NCBI GenBank assembly: GCA_964354495.1
Contig: CAYHAA010000027.1
Location: 1-17,998 of the forward strand
Length of the DNA: 17,998 bases
Direction: 5' to 3'
DNA from: an uncultured archaeon
GTDB lineage: Archaea > Asgardarchaeota > Thorarchaeia > Thorarchaeales > Thorarchaeaceae
Each line of letters opens with the position of its first letter. The first letter of the stretch is position 1. Both the position numbers and the translations under genes were made by a program. Positions 14,821 to 17,998 of the stretch are shown here, piece after piece. The notes beneath the pieces were generated by a model, which had not been told where the DNA came from, did no database searches, and worked only from the letters and a program-made list of their open reading frames with translations.

Positions 14821-15015
14821 TTAGTTCTTTGAAGCTATGGTCACGATTGGCACAAGGAATCCGAGTAAGAGAGCCATTCCATCATCCCGAGGCAGGAATC
14901 TGGTTCTTGATAGAATCAGACATGTGAAAGCACATAGAGTCCCGGTCATCAGGTACCAGAATACTGCCCATTTTGGCTCCCTAAAGAACTTGTATCCCCA
15001 CTTTCTAAGATCCAT
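14821..15015 (-). CDS. Small hypothetical membrane protein (2 TM)
   Basis: 64 aa with ATG start and two hydrophobic segments. Divergent from top1. Confidence 0.5.
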   Translation of the reverse strand: MDLRKWGYKFFREPKWAVFWYLMTGTLCAFTCLILSRTRFLPRDDGMALLLGFLVPIVTIASKN

Positions 15016-15138
15016 TCTCTTCTCGATAAGATTGTGTCCAACGCAGCGTAAAAAGGAACGCCTTTAGCGCATTTGCTAGCTCAACAGCACAATCCTTTTG
15101 TTAGCACTGACAAGACGCCTTACCTACGGGACGTCCTC

Positions 15139-17151
15139 ATGGAATCACTAGTACACAATGGCATACTCGTCATCGACCCTCCTGCAGCCCGCGGGCTCAA
15201 GATCAGAGTGAGAGGCGACGAGATGGTCCTCTCCCAGCTTCAGGAGGAGATGGCTGCTGCCTGGGTCAGAAAGCTTGGCACCCCCTACGTTGAGGACCCG
15301 GCATTTGCTCAGAACTTCATGAAAGACTTCAGCAAGGCTCTTGGGGTGAAACCCGCACTACAGGTCAATGAGATTGACTTCTCTGAGGTCATTCGTGTCG
15401 TGGAAGAAGAACGTGCAAGAAAGGAACGGATGACCCCTGAGGAGAAGAAGACCCAAAGAGAGGAGAAGAAGGCACTCAGAGATAGCCTCAAGGAGAAGTA
15501 TGGCTATGCGAGCGTGGACGGCGTGCGAATGGAGCTGGGCAACTATCAGACTGAACCCTCTGGGATATTCATGGGACGCGGCAAGCATCCCCTGAGAGGA
15601 AGATGGAAGCAGGGCACCTCTCGAAAGGACATCACCCTGAACATCGACCCGCAGGCGGCGAAGACACTGGAGGGTGAGTGGAAGGAACTGATATGGGCTC
15701 CAGACACGATGTGGGTTGCCAAATGGACAGATGAGCTCACAGGCAAGGTGAAGTACATCTGGCTACACGATAGTACGCCCATCAAACAGGAACGAGAATC
15801 GGCAAAGTTTGACAAGGCACTTCAGGTAGAGCGAAGGATTGATGAGATTCGCGACCATATTATGAGGGGATTGCGCTCGGAAAATGCCAAGAGACGAATG
15901 GTGGCTGCTGCATGCTACCTGATTGACAACCTTAGCCTGAGGGTCGGTGATGAGAAGGACCCGGACGAGGCAGATACAGTCGGTGCCACCACGCTCCGTG
16001 CCGAGCATCTGACCTTCAAGAAGGACTCAATCGTCTTCGACTTTCTCGGAAAGGACAGTGTTCCTTGGCACAGGGAGATGACCCCCGACCCCGATGTCTA
16101 CGCTGCTCTGAAGGAACTACATGATAGCGCCCTAGAGCGAATCGCTTCCTTTGTGGGTCGAAAAGGAGAGAAGACCGATGGAGACCCTAAGAAGATCGCC
16201 AAGATCTTTCCAACCATTGGCAGCGCGCATGTGAATCGATTCTTGGGTGAGGTGTATCCCGAACTGACTGCCAAGGTCTTCAGGACATACCATGCCTCGA
16301 CCATTATGCGTGAAGAGCTCAAGATGAGCAAGGCAAAAAGCACAGACCCTGAGTTCATCAAGAGAGAGGCATTCAGACGTGCGAACCTAGAGGTCGCTCG
16401 TGTGATGAACCATACCAAACAGGCTCCGCAGGGATGGAGTAACAGTGCTTCCAAGTATCTTAATCGTATCAAGAAAGCTGAAGTGCGAGTTCAGAAGGCA
16501 ATGGCTCGATTAACTGAGAAGAAGACCCATCTGAGAAGGATCAAGAAGAATGAGGCTGATGCGCGAGCGAAGAAGCAGGACCTGATTACGAAGAAGAAAG
16601 TATTCGTTGAGAAGAACAAGACCTCCATGGATGCTTGGCGCGAGAGACGCGACAAGGCCAAACTGACATGGGACAGTGCCCGTGACCAGAAGAGTCGCAC
16701 TCGAGCAAGCAGGCGAAAGGGCAAGAGCACCAAGAAAGAACGCCTTGAGGATGCACAGGAACGTATTGAACGTGCCCGGATGCGACTAGAGGCTGCAGAG
16801 TCGGGTCTAGCAAATGCCAGAGTGCGATACCAGAAGAGCAAGACATCACTTGAGGGACAACAGCAGTCACTGGCAGAGTGGAAGGAGTCCTCTGCAAAGC
16901 GGATTGCTGCCGCTGAGAAGGGAGTCGAAATCGAAAAGGAGAGAGTGACGAAGGCTGAACTTGCAAAGAGGAAGATTGAGATTGATTATGAGCTTGCAAG
17001 GGACACCAGGACTTGGAACCTCGGGACCTCATTGAAGTCGTACGTCCATCCAAAGATTGTGTACAACTGGTCCCAACGCGTAGACTATGATTGGAGGAGA
17101 ATCTACAGTACCACGCTTCAGAGAAAATTCGAAGGTTGGATAGACAAGTAG
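15139..17151 (+). CDS. top1: Eukaryote-like DNA topoisomerase IB
   Basis: LVHNG, FMGRGKHP, LRVGDEK (R, nt 15940), FLGKDS (K, 16051), KVFRTYHAS (R, 16282), MNH (H, 16411), GTSLKSY (Y, 17041): full catalytic pentad plus coiled-coil linker. Likely ATG at 15139; the ORF track starts at 15073. Confidence 0.96.
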   Translation: MESLVHNGILVIDPPAARGLKIRVRGDEMVLSQLQEEMAAAWVRKLGTPYVEDPAFAQNFMKDFSKALGVKPALQVNEIDFSEVIRVVEEERARKERMTPEEKKTQREEKKALRDSLKEKYGYASVDGVRMELGNYQTEPSGIFMGRGKHPLRGRWKQGTSRKDITLNIDPQAAKTLEGEWKELIWAPDTMWVAKWTDELTGKVKYIWLHDSTPIKQERESAKFDKALQVERRIDEIRDHIMRGLRSENAKRRMVAAACYLIDNLSLRVGDEKDPDEADTVGATTLRAEHLTFKKDSIVFDFLGKDSVPWHREMTPDPDVYAALKELHDSALERIASFVGRKGEKTDGDPKKIAKIFPTIGSAHVNRFLGEVYPELTAKVFRTYHASTIMREELKMSKAKSTDPEFIKREAFRRANLEVARVMNHTKQAPQGWSNSASKYLNRIKKAEVRVQKAMARLTEKKTHLRRIKKNEADARAKKQDLITKKKVFVEKNKTSMDAWRERRDKAKLTWDSARDQKSRTRASRRKGKSTKKERLEDAQERIERARMRLEAAESGLANARVRYQKSKTSLEGQQQSLAEWKESSAKRIAAAEKGVEIEKERVTKAELAKRKIEIDYELARDTRTWNLGTSLKSYVHPKIVYNWSQRVDYDWRRIYSTTLQRKFEGWIDK

Positions 17152-17158
17152 ACTATTC

Positions 17159-17572
17159 TTAGGACCTCAATATGTTTGCCCGAATCATTCTCTCAATCTC
17201 GTCGAGGATTTCTCTGAATTTGAAGAGCATCTCCTCATATGTCCCTTGGAACGCTGAAGGGTCATCAATCGACCAGTGTTCCATGTGTTTGGCTCCTGGA
17301 AAATGCGGGCAGGTCTGTCTTGCGTTATCGCAGACAGTGACAACAAGATCTATTCGACGCTTGACGAATTCATTCACCAGTTTTGGATAGAGTCCGTCAA
17401 TAGAAACACCTCTCTCTTTCAATACTTCAATGGCAAAGGGGTTGACCTCCGACTTAGGTCTTGTTCCTGCACTATAGACTTTGTATTTGGTGCCACCCAA
17501 ATGTCTTAGCAAGGCCTCTGCCATTTGGCTTCGAGCAGAGTTACCTGTACAGAGAAAGAGAACACTTTGCAT
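17159..17572 (-). CDS. arsC: Arsenate reductase ArsC (LMW-PTPase fold, thioredoxin type)
   Basis: FLCTGNSARSQMAE P-loop, VTVCD...TCP resolving cysteines, HWSIDDP. Confidence 0.9.
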   Translation of the reverse strand: MQSVLFLCTGNSARSQMAEALLRHLGGTKYKVYSAGTRPKSEVNPFAIEVLKERGVSIDGLYPKLVNEFVKRRIDLVVTVCDNARQTCPHFPGAKHMEHWSIDDPSAFQGTYEEMLFKFREILDEIERMIRANILRS

Positions 17573-17624
17573 GAGTCAACGCATGTGTTTCGCCTTATGA
17601 AATCTGTCCTTCTGTCGATTTAAT

Positions 17625-17998
17625 TCATGAGCTGCTGTAGACCGTAATTGGAGGCACATTGAACTGAACCTTTACCGATTCGATGGACTCACCAACCACT
17701 GTTGGGTCAAAGCTTCCAAGATTGTGCTCCTTGGAATATACAAGATGGCCAATATCATTGGGGTCAAGTCCCATAATCAAGGTCATCACAGCATCCACTG
17801 ACACTGGTTGTCTTCCAAGAATGAATGCTCCTATCCTGTGTGTCGTTGGGCCGTCCCAGCCCTCAACTCCGACCCGTGCATCAATGATATTCAACTCTGG
17901 TCTGACTATCATAGCAAGGTCTGCGATGACATCTTGGATTCTTGGGTGATAGATCTCTTTTTCCTTCTTAGGGAGAATCCCAAACAGATTCTTCAGGG
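17625..17998 (-). CDS. DUF362-domain protein, C-terminal part (begins off the right edge)
   Basis: The frame is open to the window edge: LKNLFGILP...HPRIQDVIADL...PELNIIDARVGVEGWDGP...SVDAV...MGLDP. Confidence 0.85.
   Translation of the reverse strand, partial: LKNLFGILPKKEKEIYHPRIQDVIADLAMIVRPELNIIDARVGVEGWDGPTTHRIGAFILGRQPVSVDAVMTLIMGLDPNDIGHLVYSKEHNLGSFDPTVVGESIESVKVQFNVPPITVYSSS

Noticed and set aside
14287-15015. Small TM ORF and TPR ORF share one frame separated by only two stops (TAA 14821-23, TGA 14728-30): split gene or selenocysteine
   Set aside because: A same-frame arrangement with two stops in about 83 codons is compatible with chance. There is no selenoprotein motif or SECIS, and a TATA box lies inside the gap.
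41-17949. Remaining short ORF-track entries antisense to or nested in identified genes
   Set aside because: Shadow ORFs of well-supported genes with no independent evidence.

Overview
Archaeal DNA of about 50% GC. An Asgard/Thorarchaeia-like origin is inferred from gene content, including a eukaryote-type topoisomerase IB, and was not verified. 1-4781 is the conserved archaeal translation cluster on the minus strand (rnp4-yhbY-rps19e-PDCD5-rpl39e-rpl31e-eIF6-rpl18a-pfdA-ftsY) with a divergent nep1, followed by two membrane-protein genes. An accessory block at about 7054-14335 starts at an intact tRNA-Gly(TCC) and ends at a 3'-half tRNA-Gly remnant that appears to derive from a different tRNA-Gly gene. 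This block holds a solo TnpB with the rearranged, Fanzor-type RuvC active site (D239, G342 in place of E, E400, D434) and plausible ends and guide. It also holds a 120-bp AT-rich tract and a divergent 1701-aa PD-(D/E)xK nuclease + degenerate P-loop ATPase fusion of unknown function. The right end has a TPR gene, a small membrane ORF, topoisomerase IB with an unusually long linker, arsC and a partial DUF362 gene. Two intergenic regions (about 6885-6990 and 14683-14818) show unexplained RNA-like structure. All folds and motif calls were made by eye; no searches were run.
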